The notes: a model not told the origin generated them from the sequence alone. 64,000 nucleotides of DNA from Octopus sinensis (GCF_006345805.1 NC_043000.1:48422001-48486000), one strand, 5' to 3'; positions 1-14,390 are shown, numbered from the stretch's first letter. Program-made: numbers and translations.

Positions 1-277
1 CTATCATTTGGGAGTAAAGTCGTTTCATCTTACACTTAAGTGTTATGTAAATATAAATGCATATCTAACGTCCTTAATAGCTTTATTATAAGGCAACGAC
101 TGTCTGTGAATAGCCTTTGTTTTATGTCATTAATTGGATGAGAAACAAAACCAAAACTCTCTCCAGGCTATCTCGAGTAACGTATAGTACCTGATTCTGA
201 CAACATGATACAACCAAGCAAATACTCTGTAGAATTAAGTCTACTCATAGCCAGATACATATACATACATACACTAG

Positions 278-392
<115 letters not shown>

Positions 393-780
393 GGCGCAGG
401 AGTGGCTGTGTGGTAAGTAGCTTGCATACCAAGCACATGGCTCCGGGTTCAGTCCCACTGTGTGACACCTTGGGCAAGTGTCTTCTACTATAGCCTTGGG
501 CGGACCAAAGCCTTGTGAGTAGATTTGGTAGACAGAAACTGAAAGATGTCCGTCGTATATATGTATATATATGTGTGTGTGTTTGTGTGTCTGTATTTGC
601 CCCCCCCCCAACTAGCTTGACAACCAATGCTTGTGTGTTTGCATTCCCGTCACTTAGCGGTTCGGCAAAAGAGACCAATAGAATAAGTACTAGGCTTACG
701 AGGATTAAGTCCTGGGGGTCGATTTCCTCGACTTAAGGCGGTGCTCCAGCATGGCCGCAGTCAAATGACTGAAACAAGTA
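393..780 (+). mobile_element. SINE family A (tRNA head GGCGCAGGAGTGGCTGTGTGG, internal TA/TG tract, tail GAAACAAGTAAAAG)
   Basis: A and B boxes; colinear with copies at 6020, 21333 and 43115. Confidence 0.9.
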
Positions 781-972
781 TGCAGGTGAATATATATATA
801 TACATGCATATGTACAGACATAATCTCACTTGTGTACAACCACACATGTGCAAACACATGCATACAGAAAATATAGAAAGGTTGCACAGTGGATTGAACT
901 TAAGAGCTGAAATCAAGGATTATATGTTAACAGGTAGAGATTTTATGCACATGGAGAACTCACTTCTATATA

Positions 973-1203
973 TATTTCTTTACTACCCACAAGGGGCTAA
1001 ACATAGAGGGGACAAACAAGGACAGACAAAGGGATTAAGTCGATTACATCGACCTCAGTGCGAAACTGGTACTTTATTTATTGACCCCGAAAGGATGAAA
1101 GGCAAAGTCGACCTCGGCTGAATTTGAACTCGGAACGTAACGGCAGACGAAATACGGCTACGAATTTCGCCCGGCGTACTAACGTTTCTACCAGCTCGCC
1201 ACC
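973..1203 (-). mobile_element. SINE family B (GGCGGCGAGCTGGCAGAAACG head; GCCTTTCATCCTTTCGGGGTCGATAAA central domain)
   Basis: Colinear with the copies at 10101, 39741 and 63044. Confidence 0.9.
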
Positions 1204-1605
1204 TTCTATATAGTGGTGTTTTTTTACATGGGATACATGGTAAATATAATTTTGTTCTATAAATGGAGCACTAATCAAAGACGAACAAATGTAACCACCT
1301 CTTTGGAATACAGAAAGAAGTAAGCTAAATGAATTTAGATTTTGAAAAACACAGCATGAAAAAAAATAGCTGTAGGTTATTTACAAATTGATAGCTTATG
1401 CAGAATGTGAGTTAAATATTAACATAAGTGGGTAATTAAGACGAAGATGTGTAGAAGAAACTAGGGAAAAGTAGGTGTTTGAATTAGAAATTAACGGAAA
1501 GTTTAAAGGAAGAAATATAAAACAAAAGGACAACCAAGCAGCTGAAAAGATAGAGAAGTTTTACAAAATGATTAATAGATGAGTGGAAGAGAAACAGTAT
1601 ACATA

Positions 1606-1635
1606 CAGACATACATACATACATGCATATATACA

Positions 1636-1709
<74 letters not shown>

Positions 1710-1893
1710 CAAAACAAGAACAAACATAATGAGAGGGACCTTTATATGTGCACATGTATGTTAGTGTGTTTGTGTATGCAGGTGAATATATATATATTTA
1801 TATATATGTATATATATATATGTGTATATATATGTGTATATATATATGTGTATATATATATGTTATATATATGTATATTTATATATGTATATG

Positions 1894-1927
<34 letters not shown>

Positions 1928-2100
1928 TGTATATTTATATATGTTATATATATATATATTATGTATATTTATATATGTATATATATATAATATATATATA
2001 TATATAGATATATATATGTATATATATATATATATATTATATATATATATGTATATTTATATATATAATATATATATGTATATATATATATTTGTATATC
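1606..2100. repeat. Long compound TA/TATG/CTAT microsatellite (representative)
   Basis: Similar arrays at 268-392, 9148-9225 (GATA), 4453-4506 (TAA), 19765-20185, 40755-40882, 55288-55740 and 59700-59935. Confidence 0.98.
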
Positions 2101-2221
2101 ATAAAAGAGTGAGAAAAGCAAATCGTAGGGTTAAGGAAAACAATAATATAGAATGAAGGATTAATTGATAACACATTTGTAGCTATGCAGTTCAGCAGAC
2201 AATGAGATAAACACAACTCAC

Positions 2222-2259
<38 letters not shown>

Positions 2260-2264
2260 GTATG

Positions 2265-2319
<55 letters not shown>

Positions 2320-2766
2320 CTGTGTGAGGGTGTTGGTATATGTGTCTTAGATAGACAGATGCACAGACACACAAGGTGATAAATTTAGATTGCTGAGAAA
2401 ATGACATTCTAAATGAAACTACACCTTATTGGATTAGTATTGAATTCTTATGCCTAAGATGGTTATGGGAATCTGTGATATGATATAAAGGTAAGGTAGT
2501 TGTATAAGCTAAATATTTAAAGCCAAATACGAACTGATAACAGTGGAAGAAATTGCAGAGCAATAGACAAAATGGCTTACTATAATATATAGTATCATCT
2601 CAGTTATGAGTTCAAATGAAGGTCATTAGAATATTCACAGCAAGCATGAATGGGAGGTGATCCAACTGAAAATGTTCCTCCTATACAAGTAGTAGATGTT
2701 GTTGTACTGCCACAGATAGATCCAGCATTCCATCCATGACTGTCTAGTCTTTATTCTATGTTCCAG

Positions 2767-2884
2767 GACAGCAATACCGCATTATCTAGTGCGGACGAGG
2801 AAGATTTGGTGACTATTGCTAGCAAGCAGAATGACTACATAGAGGCTCCATCACTATTTCAGTCTCCCACATTAATGATCAAAG
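2767..2884 (+). CDS. Candidate coding exon (unidentified)
   Basis: ttctatgttccag|DSNTALSSADEEDLVTIASKQNDYIEAPSLFQSPTLMIK|gtgttt. Open in only one frame, and retains CpGs in a CpG-poor region. Confidence 0.35.
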
Positions 2885-4449
2885 GTGTTTGTTTCCTGGC
2901 ATTTGTTGCTAATACACAACCTTAATTGATTCTCTTTAAGAGAGTTAATTAAACCAAACTATGGAATCAACTAACATGCCTATCATACTATAAGTCCTAT
3001 CAGCTAATCTTGTTTGACACCTTGCTACTGTAACTGATCAAGAACATGATAATTCTTTCTTGAGTTATATAGACTTATTATAGGGCCAGTTTCCCAGTTT
3101 CCATGGCTTATAAATTACCCACCTGGATAGGACACCTGTCTGTTGGAGGATTATTAATTTTTGCCAGTTGATTGGACTGGAGAATTGTGAAATGAAGTGT
3201 TTTGTTCAAGATCACAAGGCGTTGCCTGGCCCAGGAATCGAAATCACAATTTTATGATCATGAGTCCAACACCCTAGCATAATTTAGCCACAATGTCAGC
3301 AGTATTTAGAGGGAAGAGATAGCCCATTCCTTCAACTAAGTACTTGACTGATACTTTCTTTTATTGACCTCCAAAAGCATGAGTGGTAAAGCTGACTCTT
3401 ATAAGATTTGAACTCAGAATGTAAATATCCAGATCAAATACAATATGGTGTTTTGTCAAATTCTCTAACAATTCTTCCAAACCATTGAATCATAAGAAAT
3501 GCTGCACTGCAGTTAAATAGATGATAAAATCATCTATCTATTCAGCTATTTCTAGTTGAACTTTGAATTATAAATTTCTCCTGCTCTGGGAGAAAAAGTA
3601 CTGATATAATTAAAAAAATGTCTTTCGTAGAATATTTTCACTGTGGATATAAATAGCCTGTTTCTGTCTACAATGCTCAACATCTGATTGAAGCTGCTAA
3701 TTTTAACTATCCTTATCCATACTTTTCCATTAAGATTACTTAATCTGATTGAATTATCGCTTGATAATGGTGCAGTAATGGTGAGAGCAAACACAGCTTA
3801 ATAGGTTTGACCAATCAAAGACAATACTTGGGAATAGGTGTTGAAATAATAAAATGTACAAGAAAATGTAAAGACTGGTTATCATATGACTTGCATTAAA
3901 AATAATCTTGGGTAGTAAGTCTCCAAGGCGGTTAATTAGCAGAATCATTAGAGCCTTGCAATAATTATACTTGTTTTCTGTGTTCTGAGTTCAAGTCCTG
4001 ACAAGGTCGTTTTTTTTTTTGTTTTTTGTTAACCTTCAAAGACCTTGAAGTAGAGGTCAAAAAAATATGGCATCTAAGTACAACAACAACTGTACCTGTG
4101 ATCATTGTCTCTTTGGGAATAATGCCAAATGGTACTATGGTCAAAAACTAGAGAACCCAGAAATATCCAAACTACAACAACATTTTTAAGGAAAACATCT
4201 TCATAAAAACACTGAAATCCTGAGAATATCTAACTCTTTTAAAATCTTTGCAAATTGGAAATATTGGCACTGACTTTTAACAAAGACCTTAATTTTCTGT
4301 ATTTGGTCTGCTTTTCCTGAAATATATGATTGCTGCTCATATATGACACCCACCGATAGTAAAACTTCCAACTTGCTGTTTCTTGAAGTGTCTGAGTGCA
4401 ATTTGAAACAACATATATAAAACAAAGCAAGGACAACAATGAAAAAAAA

Positions 4450-4507
<58 letters not shown>

Positions 4508-6019
4508 CCTTTCTACTAAACGCACAAGGCCTTAAATTTGTGGGGAGGGGACTAGTTGATTACATCGAGCCCCAATGTTTCACTGGTACTTCAATTATTC
4601 TTTTCTACTCTAGGCACAAGGCTCGAAATTTTTGGGGGAGTGTGCTGAGTGTCAATTAATAGAATTAAAAGAATTTTAGGAAAAATTTTAAACTTTACTG
4701 TTGAAGGTTTGGTCCAATTTCATGGATTATCATCAAGGTTTAATTTGTATATTTTGTTTATAAGACTACTCCAAACTTTGAATACAGAATAAATGTTATC
4801 CTCATCGTTGATCTATATTCTCACTGGATGGCATGTTATGTGGGCACTGGTCATTGTTTTCATAAAAGGTCAAGTTAGCTATAACAGAGATGATCTCCTG
4901 AGCAGTAACACATTCTTAATTACAATACTTTAACACAAGTTAATCGAAATCATTTTATAATCGTCTTTTTTCTGTTTTTTGCACCAATCTAATTTACATA
5001 TTGGCAGAAATTTTCTCACTTTGATCACTTATAATCTTCTAAAATTAAAAATTAATATGACAATATTATGTTATGTTGTGCAACTGTGTACTCAAGGTAA
5101 TTAATTAAGATCACAAGATCAATATTGTCTGCATCAAACTTTTGTAATCAGTCCATCAGAGCATTGCTTTTATTTGATTGTTGTTTGGGGAATATCTGAA
5201 GTTCTCTAAACCATTTCTTGATTAATATGTAAGATAACTTTCAGAAGACCAGGTCTCATTAAATTCTCATAACTTTCCGAAGTACAATTTATGTTTCATA
5301 TCTTCTGAAAAATTTATTGTACCCAAATACATGGCTAAGAGAAACCTGAAATGCTGTTAACATAGCAGCACTGACAATACATGTGACAGAGAATTTGAAA
5401 ATTTGAAGTATCATTTCTTCAGTATGCAGAAAGGAAAGAAATTTGAAGAAGTTAAATCAATGGATATGGTGAACTCATTAAAGGATGTGTCTTCCCATAA
5501 GGATAATTTGCTTAATTGGTCAAATTAATTTTATGCTGGAGTTGTTTGGTTCTGAAAGAAGTCAGAGCAATGTCTTTTGTAATTAGAATACTGATTCCAT
5601 TTGAAGTTGTTGGCTGTCATCTAGTACTTGTTCATTTCTGTATTCTTAGTGGTAAGGGACTAATTAATGAGTCACAACTTTAATCCTGTTTCTCCACTGT
5701 TTCTCTTACTTGAATGTAATTGATGCTATGAATACTTTGAAAAGGAATAAAGAATTAGCAACGATTCAGCTAATATAGATACTTTAGTTGAACAAATATT
5801 TAATATTATTTACTTGGAATTTTAATACTGTTTACAGCAATAATTTGAAGTAACTGATAAATGTTGTCAACAAGGTTATCCTAGCAATGTTGTTTATGCA
5901 TCAAATGGTAACAGAGCCAACACAGCTAGACATTATAGAAGGGAGATTGCTTTCCTGTGTCAAAAGGAGCTAATATGTATTTTCTTTTACAAAATATAAT
6001 TAATTTTTCTAAATATATA

Positions 6020-6620
6020 GGTGCAGGAGTGGCTGTGTGGTAAGTAGCTTGCCTACGAACCACATGGTTCTGGGTTCAGTCCCTCTGCGTGGCACCTTGA
6101 GCAAGTGTCTTCTACTATAGCCTCGGGCCGACCAAAGCTTTGTGAGTTGATTTGGTAGATGGAAACCGAAAGAAGCTCGTTGTATATATATGTATATATA
6201 TAGTTAATCCAAACAAGAAAGCACAAAAAAACACAACGCGAGAACGTAGAACAAATATAGTATTATTGGATGCTCGGGAAAGAAGGAAAGAAGGAGGGTT
6301 TAACGTTTCAAGCGGAGCCTTTCGTCGGAAACATAGGAGAAGGAAAGATCCAGAGAAGGGAAGACAGAGGAAAAAAAATCGCCAACTGTACACACGCGGT
6401 CACATATATGTGTGTGTTTGTGTGTCTGTTTGTCCCCCCCAACTTCACTTGACAACCGATGCTGGTATGTTTATGTCCCTGTAACTTAGCTGTTCGGCAA
6501 AATAGACCGATAGAATAAGTACTAGGCTTCCAAAGAATAAGTCCTGGGGTCGATTTGCTCGACTAAAGGTGGTGCTCCAGCATGGCCGCAGTCAAATGAC
6601 TGAAACAAGTAAGTAAAAGA
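6020..6620 (+). mobile_element. SINE family A, interrupted at 6202-6395
   Basis: Both halves are colinear with the other copies. Confidence 0.9.
6202..6395 (-). mobile_element. Short non-autonomous repeat with degenerate hammerhead, inserted into the TA tract of a SINE
   Basis: Homologous to 18608-18745. Minus: GTTT-CCGACGA-AAGGCTCCGCT-TGAAACGTT-AAAC. SINE sequence resumes on both sides. Confidence 0.65.
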
Positions 6621-7165
6621 AGGTATAAATTTTTAGGATATGCCATGCCAACACGATGTAGGTAATAAAAACAGGACATTTATATAACTTAAATCTTTTG
6701 ATATCAAACCATCTAAAACTGCCCCTTGCTCTATAATATCAACTTCCTGCTTAAAGTAATCTGAATTAAACCTTCCATCAAAATTTCATGCCTGTTTATG
6801 TTCCAAACATCACCTTAATAGCGACAAAGTTATTTTACTAAAATTTTTCATTATTTTCAAATTTAATCGAAGCAAAGATAATTTATTTTAAAAGAAATAT
6901 GGTAACAAAAGTGTTAAAAAAATATGATAATGAAATATATGTTAAATGTCAAGAAAATATTGACTACTATGAAAGGCTAAACAATTACACGAGAGTCAAC
7001 ACCTTCTGGTGCAGACAGATTATAAAAATTATCCAATAGTAATGTTACACTAAAAGAACAGTATGCTACATTTCAGGAAGAGTTTGAAATAATAGAAGAT
7101 GAAGGAGAGAGGGAAGTTTGTTTATTTGGCCAATTCTTACATTGCGTGGAAATGTGGATATTCTT

Positions 7166-7556
7166 TACTCTCTCTTTTACTCTTTTACTTGTTTCAGTCA
7201 TTTGACTGTGGCCATGCTGGATCACCGCCTTTAATCGAGCAACTCAACCCTGGGACTTATTCTTTTGTAAGTCCAGTACTTATTCTATCGGTCTCTTTTG
7301 CCAAACCACTAAGTAACGGGGACATAAACACAGCAGCATCGGTTGTCAAGCAATGCTAGGGGGACAAACACAGACTCACAAACACACACATGCATATATA
7401 TATATATACGACAGGCTTCTTTCAGTTTCCGTCTACCAAATCCACTCACAAGGCTTTGGTCTGCCCGAGGCTATAGTAGAAGACACTTGCCCAAGATGCC
7501 ACGCAGTGGGACTGAACCCAGAACCATGTGGTTGGTAAACAAGCTACTTACCACAG
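7166..7556 (-). mobile_element. SINE family A
   Basis: Reverse complement of family A. Confidence 0.9.
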
Positions 7557-7756
7557 AAGATCTTGTAGTATAGTCTTAAGTTAGACTTGATTGAGAAAAC
7601 CTGGGATGAAAGCCATTGTCTGTGACCATATCGTCTTATTAGTGGATCAAGGTTGACATATTCCACTGTGATCTTTCCTTTTCCTGTATTTTGAGAATTA
7701 GCGCTTCCATATATGTTCTTAATTCTAATGTAATATATGTATGTATGTATATGTGG

Positions 7757-7960
7757 AGGCACATGGCCTAGTGGTTAGAGCAGCGGACTTATGGTCAAGG
7801 GATTGCGGGTTCGAATCTCAGACCGGGCAATGTGTGTGTGTGTGTGTTTATGAGCGAAACACCTAAGCTCCACGCAGCACTGGCAGAAGGTAATGGCAAA
7901 CCTCTGCTGACTCTTTTGCCACAACTTTCTCTCACTCTTTCCTCCTGCATAAAATATAAA
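7757..7960 (+). mobile_element. tRNA-derived SINE (family D), partial
   Basis: TGGCCTAGTGG A box and GGTTCGAATC B box. Confidence 0.75.
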
Positions 7961-8301
7961 AGTATAAAATGTAGAGAAAAAAGAAGAGCTAACAATTCCA
8001 GTCTGTTATTTATTTTGAGTATTGTTATCAGTAGCGATATCAAGATATAACTTTGTATTTTATGTGTAGATGTATATATATAGATGTACATGTAATATGC
8101 ACACATATATATACACATATATACATGCACTAGCACTATGACCCAGCAATGACGGGTCTTTAATGCTAGTATATATATATATATATATACTGGCCTGCTT
8201 GCTTAACCAGCGGGGTGGCATCATTCGAAGGCTAAAACAATGCGAACGCATTGTGACCAGTGATGTGTAACAACATCTGATGGTCTGCTCGGTCACGTGA
8301 T

Positions 8302-8374
<73 letters not shown>

Positions 8375-9150
8375 TGTGTGAGTAATACATCTCTAGGATT
8401 GTAATATATATATGTGGATGTAATTATCCTCAAAATCCTATTCCTGTTGATGTGCAGTTGTAGTTTCAACTGATTCCTTCTATGATGACATTACTAGTAT
8501 ATGTCAGCAGAACAGTATATTACCATTCCTCTCTGTTCTGTGTTGCATTATTTTTGGAACTTGACTGATTATATTCATGTATTTATTTTTACATATATAT
8601 ATATATGTGTGTGTGTGTAATAATAATATGACATTGTTTCCTCAGGTTATATTTATATGAACTTTTCTTACCAACTTCTAATTTCTTGTGAATGTATCCC
8701 CATATGTATGTACGTATGTATGTATGTATGTATGTATGTATATATGTATGTATGTACGTACGTATGTATGTATGTATGTATGTGTAGATAGATTCATACA
8801 TACTTACATAGATGCATAAATACATAGATAGGTATATGAATTCTTCTTTAACTTTCAACAGAATAAAGTTCTCTCTATTCTTGTAAGTACAGCGCACTTA
8901 AGTGATTTGTGCCAATGAGAGGAATGAATATTAAGGAAACCCAACTTACACAGAATTTTGCTTCCCTTCATTCCTCTACTGGATATTATTATGAATAACA
9001 CCATGAGAAATAACTTTTTTTATATTCTATATATTTTATGCATGTGTCTGTATGTTATAAATACATCTGCGTGTGTATGAGTGTAAATATATATCCGTTC
9101 ATATGTTTGAGTGCGTGTATATATATATATATATATATACATGTATATAA

Positions 9151-9225
<75 letters not shown>

Positions 9226-9702
9226 TCCTGTTGTTAGCTGTAATAATGCATTACTCACATTTGTGTTCCTGAAATAATATAAGCAAAATTAAGTAATACA
9301 TCTCTAGGATTGTAATAATTTTTTTTTCTCCTCTTACTGCACATTTGGAAAATTGAATTTCATAAGCTTGGAAAGGAAATGTATTCCTATATCATTTCAT
9401 ACTAAATATTAATGCAAAGAAACCTCATATATATTATGACAACAGACATTGTTATAATAATGTAAAGTAAAACAGCTTATGCATATTGTTTACTATAAGG
9501 CAGTAGAAGAAAAATGCAATTGGAATTATTGATGTTCATGCCTTTCTCGAGTACAAATGGGTTCAGCTAAAATAAAAAATACACACACACCACACACACA
9601 CACACACACATACTGGCATAAAAAAAAAGATAAAAATAAAGCAGGGTAAAACTTGACATATGACAGTCAAAGGCCTGCTGTAACTTTATATTAACTTTGC
9701 AG

Positions 9703-9724
9703 GTTTCACAGAAATGCTTATAAA
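9703..9724 (+). other. Candidate 22-nt micro-exon
   Basis: tattaactttgcag|GTTTCACAGAAATGCTTATAAA|gtaaga. Confidence 0.3.
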
Positions 9725-10100
9725 GTAAGAATAACTTTCAAGTTTTCATGTGAAGAGTTCTTGTGCTTTATGTTACCTTCCATTTGTTTCTTCATTTTAC
9801 ATCTGGTTTTTATTATTATTATTTTTTTTTTTGTGCTTGTATGGTTGAGCAGAGATTTTCTTGAGGCAGCTTTTTATAGATGGACATCTTTCTTGTCATC
9901 AACACTTTTCTGTGTCACAATAAAGGAATATTTTTTTTTTTTATTATTATTTCACTGATCTTTGAAAGTCTACCTAGGGCAACAGGATACATTGCCAACA
10001 AAGACTAAAAAATGTCCCATCACTGTTTTGCTCAGTGGTGACATGCTAAGCCATCCATGAAATCTCAACATTCATACAAGTAGATATATGTGCATATCAA

Positions 10101-10325
10101 GGCGGCGAGCTGGCAGAAACATTAGCACGCCGGGCGAAATGCATAGCCATTTTTCATCTGTCAATACGTTCCGAGTTCAAATTCCGCCAAGGTCGACTTT
10201 GCCTTTCATCCTTTCGGGGTCTATAAATTAAGTACCACTTACGCACTGGGGTCGATGTAATCGACTTAATCCCTTTGTCCTTGTTTGTCCCCTTTGTGTT
10301 TAGCCCCTTGTGGGTAGTAAAGAAA
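10101..10325 (+). mobile_element. SINE family B with 17-bp TSD
   Basis: TAGATATATGTGCATAT at 10081-10097 and 10326-10342. Confidence 0.92.
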
Positions 10326-10539
10326 TAGATATATGTGCATATATGCATACACACACACACGTGCACGCACACAGAGCCACAGAAATGCACACACACACAC
10401 ATACAAACACACATAATGAATTTCAATACACTTACTTTTAATTCTGTTCATGAGGCATTGGCTGGCTCAAAATTATAGTTGAAGGCACTTAATTACCCAT
10501 GGTGTCACACAGTGAGATGGAACTTAAATCCGCTCCGGA

Positions 10540-10742
10540 GCGTTGGCTGCGGGGTGACTCCGAAAAGCTCGATCTGCGATGATTTCATCTCAATTGAAGG
10601 AGAGGGGGCTTTCTCCGTCTGCGTTGCGGATCCGTGGAATAAGCTGCTGGACGAGATAGTGAAGATGCCGACGACTGCTCGGTTCAAAGTCTCTCTTGAC
10701 CAGAAATGGCCTGAACTCTTTGCATGAACACCCTACCTGTAC

Positions 10743-10745
<3 letters not shown>
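10540..10745 (+). mobile_element. CR1/L2-type LINE 3' end
   Basis: Translation LRGDSEKL...AFSVCVADPWNKLLDEIVKMPTTARFKVSLDQKW, a typical CR1-clade ORF2 C-terminus, followed by (TA)n. Confidence 0.7.
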
Positions 10746-10790
<45 letters not shown>

Positions 10791-11496
10791 ATATGTATGT
10801 ATGTATGTACGTACGTATGTATGTAATTTATTGTGTAGTGTTCAAGTTACTTACATGAAACTCAATCAATAAAGAGCCGAGTCTATAAGTATCTTCATCA
10901 TTCAATATCCATATTTCGATGCTAGCATGGGTCAGACAATATTTTGTGGTAGATTTTCTACAGCCAGATGTCTTTACCCTCACCAACTTGTTAGAAGTTT
11001 TCCAAGCAACACAATTTTTTCTTCATGGTCAGGCCTGCTTTTCATGAAAGACTAGAAAGGAATAACTTTGTTTGTGCTACAAGGATGCTTATATGCAACC
11101 ATCACATCATGTCTAAACAAAGGCCCAACACAAACGCAAACACATACACACTCACTTCCATATATATATACGATAGGTGCCTTTAAGTTCCTGCCAACCA
11201 AATCAACTCACAAGTCTTTGGTCACTCCAGGGTAATAGTAAAAAACACCCAAAGTGCCACATAGTGAGACTGAACCGAAGACCATATGGTTGAGAAGGAA
11301 GGTTCCCAACTACACACACACACCCATGACGATGACCAAATGGTTAAACATGCATCTATTCATATTTGAATTAATGATTGTTGTTGTCTCATGCTACAAG
11401 TCAACACTGATCTATAAAATAATAAATATTTATTTATTTCCATCACAAACCTTTCATATTGTTTTCAGACACATGTTCTTTCTTTTTCTACAACAG

Positions 11497-11575
11497 TTGC
11501 AAAAAAGATGCTATTTATCTGATTTTTCTATGAAGTCAAGCAAGCATCTGATGGCTTTTTCCTTATCTTGCGGCA
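11497..11575 (+). other. Candidate 79-nt exon
   Basis: ttctttctttttctacaacag|...GGCA|gtaaga; reading frame unresolved. Confidence 0.3.
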
Positions 11576-12737
11576 GTAAGACTTTTTAACATAGGTCTGT
11601 ACAGGGCTGTGTAATTAATTATGGTGTTCACTTCATAACCACATGGTTCTCGGTTCAATCACACTGTGCAGCACCTTGGGCAAATGTCTTCTGTAGTAAG
11701 TAATGTTACTTTCTTGAGTCATGTCAACTCAAAAAGGGGCAGTTTTCCAGTTTCATGGTGTGTAAATTCCCCACTTGGATGGGACACCAGTCTGTTGCTA
11801 GATGACTCATTTTTACCAGTTGAGTGGACTGGAGCAATGTGAAGGAAGTGTTTTGTTCAAGAACAAATTGTGTTGCCTGGTGTAGGAATTGAAACCATGA
11901 TCTCATGATCATGAGTCCAACATCCTACCCACGAAGCCACATGCCTCCACAGTGTCTTCTACAATGCCTTATGAATGAATTTCGTTCATGGAAACTAAGA
12001 GCAGAAGCCCATTGTGTGTATATATATATGTATGAATATATGTATGCACATATATATATGTGTGTGTGTATGTGTAAGTATATATTGTGTGTGCATGTAT
12101 GTGTCTTTGTTCATGTATCTGTGTGTGAGATGATGATGATGCGTGTTTATATTTGTGCTTATATTTCACCATTTGGCAGGCATTGTTGGTTTGCTTGTGT
12201 CTCTAAAATTTAGTGGTTCAACAAAGAGGAGACCAATAGATTAAGTACCAAACTTTAAAAAAATAAGCAGTGCTCCAGTATAGCCACAATCCAATGACTG
12301 AAACAAAAGAATGAAAAAATAAATGAATAAGCACCTGAATATACATTTGGTGTAAAGGGGATTATAACAGCTCTTGTACTTGACTGCTAATCTGATCAAA
12401 CCCCATCCATCTACCCTAGAAAGATGAAAGTGGAAGATATAACTAACCAGTGTGTGTTTTGAACTCAAAACATAATGGGACACAACCAAAAATTGCCTAT
12501 CATTTCATTCGATGCTCTACTGATTCTGCCATTCTACCATACTGGTATGAAATAATGACTCTTAGATCTTATAATTTTATAATATATTAGGTTACTCTCC
12601 CCCTCTCTCCCTATTTCTCTGAATATGTATGTATATATGTATATGCATATATGTGTTTGTATATGTATGTGTGTATAAATATATACATGCACATGTTCTA
12701 ATATATATATATATATGTATGTATGTATGTATGTATA

Positions 12738-13965
12738 CATTGTGGGACAGAGGGGATGGACGTTTTTGAAAAATTCACGTAATCATTAATTTTAGATGCA
12801 AACAAATTTTATTGACATCAATTTGTTCGTATTGAATTTGCATTTGTCAAAATCAAATGTGGAGAACATCCATCATGTGGTGTCTGTTTTCATTGATGCA
12901 TTTCTGAAGCCGTTCTTAGAAGTTTGCCTCCACTCTTCAGCAGTGCTCTGTCGATCTGGGCAACTTCCACACATATGGCTTCCTTCAGAGCATCCAATGT
13001 ATGGGGCTTATTACCATACACACATGCCATGAGGTTTCCCCACAAAAAATAATTATACATGGAGAAATCAGAGGACTGAGGGGGGTTAAGGGATGTCAGC
13101 AAACCTGGAAATGATGTGCTGGCTATCACCCCAACTTGCTAAAACCACCACACACATCAGATAAGCATACGTTTTTATTGTAATTCAGATGCAAAGTTGT
13201 TGTTTATCATCTTGATGTAATACTTGGAGTTCACAGTAACACCATTAGCATTATTGCCTTCAAAAAATAAGGATGAATGACAGCAGCTTTTCCAACAGTA
13301 TACCAGATCATCACATTTGTGCTGTTCTCTCGAATTTTCAAGAGCCCAATAATGACCAAGCCATTGAGATGAAAATGAGCTTCATGACTCATTAACAAAA
13401 TGAAGTTGTCAATTGCCTCAAAAATTGCTTCCATCTGACGTGCAAAGTTAAGCCACTGTGCATAGTTCCATGGTTTCAGCTGTTGCCCGATGACCAATTT
13501 GTAGGGGTGGAAATGCAGATTTTCATGCAAAATATGCCTTCCCAACCGATTACCAATGCCAAGTTCAATGGAATGCCTCCAAGTAGAGTGATTCAAACTC
13601 GGTATCAAAACTTGTCTGACGTGTTCAACATTTTCTGGGGTCTGTACCATCCATGGCACGCCCCACCGGTCTTCTATTCATTAGTGTACCTCGTGTTATG
13701 GGTGGGAACAGCTTGATATCAAAGAATGTTGAAGTGGTGCCGCAACTCACTCTGAACTGCTGTGACAGACTTGTTATTCTTCACATAACTGTAGTAGGCA
13801 TACATGCAATGCTCTATTGTCCACAGTGCTATGGCTTCACCTGAAAAGAAAATAGAAAATGCTTTGACACTGTGGACCGAATGGTACCTGTCAGACATAT
13901 ACCCCTCTCCAATGAGGCTGAGTAATAGCCATTTCAAAAACGTCTGTCCTCTCTGCCCCACCCTG
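12738..13965 (-). mobile_element. Full-length degenerate Tc1/mariner-superfamily transposon (possibly rosa/DD41D-like; subgroup tentative)
   Basis: TIRs CATTGTGGGACAGAGGGGATGGACGTTTTTGAAA / CAGGGTGGGGCAGAGAGGACAGACGTTTTTGAAA with TA on both sides. Translated pieces include RTPENV-like, LHFHPYKL, SHEAHFHLNG and YFLWGNLMACVYGNKPHTLDALK. Confidence 0.8.
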
Positions 13966-14149
13966 TACATATATATAACTCTTTTATGATAAACACATAC
14001 ATATAATTATCCCATTCCATATATATATATATATATATATATAACTTTTTGGACTACATACATATATACATATATATCTTTGTATATTTATGTATACATA
14101 CATACATACATACACACATACATACATACATACATATATATATATATAT

Positions 14150-14388
14150 ATCACCATGTTGATTCGCTAGCCTCTGCTCGCATTTTTTTTCTCTCCTTCT
14201 TTCTGTGTTTCTTCTCTGTGTATCTTTCTGTTGAAGAGCGTAGGCTCGAAACGTTAAAGACTTGTTTTATTTATATTTCCTGAGCGCCATACTAATACAA
14301 TTGTTTGTTTGTATTCCACCTGCCTTCGTCTTTTGTTTATTTCCGTAAACCTGCCTTCGTCTTTTGTCTATTTTCATAAAGCTTCCCG

Positions 14389-14390
<2 letters not shown>
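14150..14390 (+). mobile_element. Short non-autonomous repeat with hammerhead-like motif (second family)
   Basis: 14223-14260: TCTTT-CTGTTGA-A-GAGC gtag GCTC-GAAA-CGTT-AAAGA, with one core mismatch (A6>T). Flanked by (TA)n on both sides; the tail is shared with 17575-17765 and 57770-57830. Confidence 0.65.
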
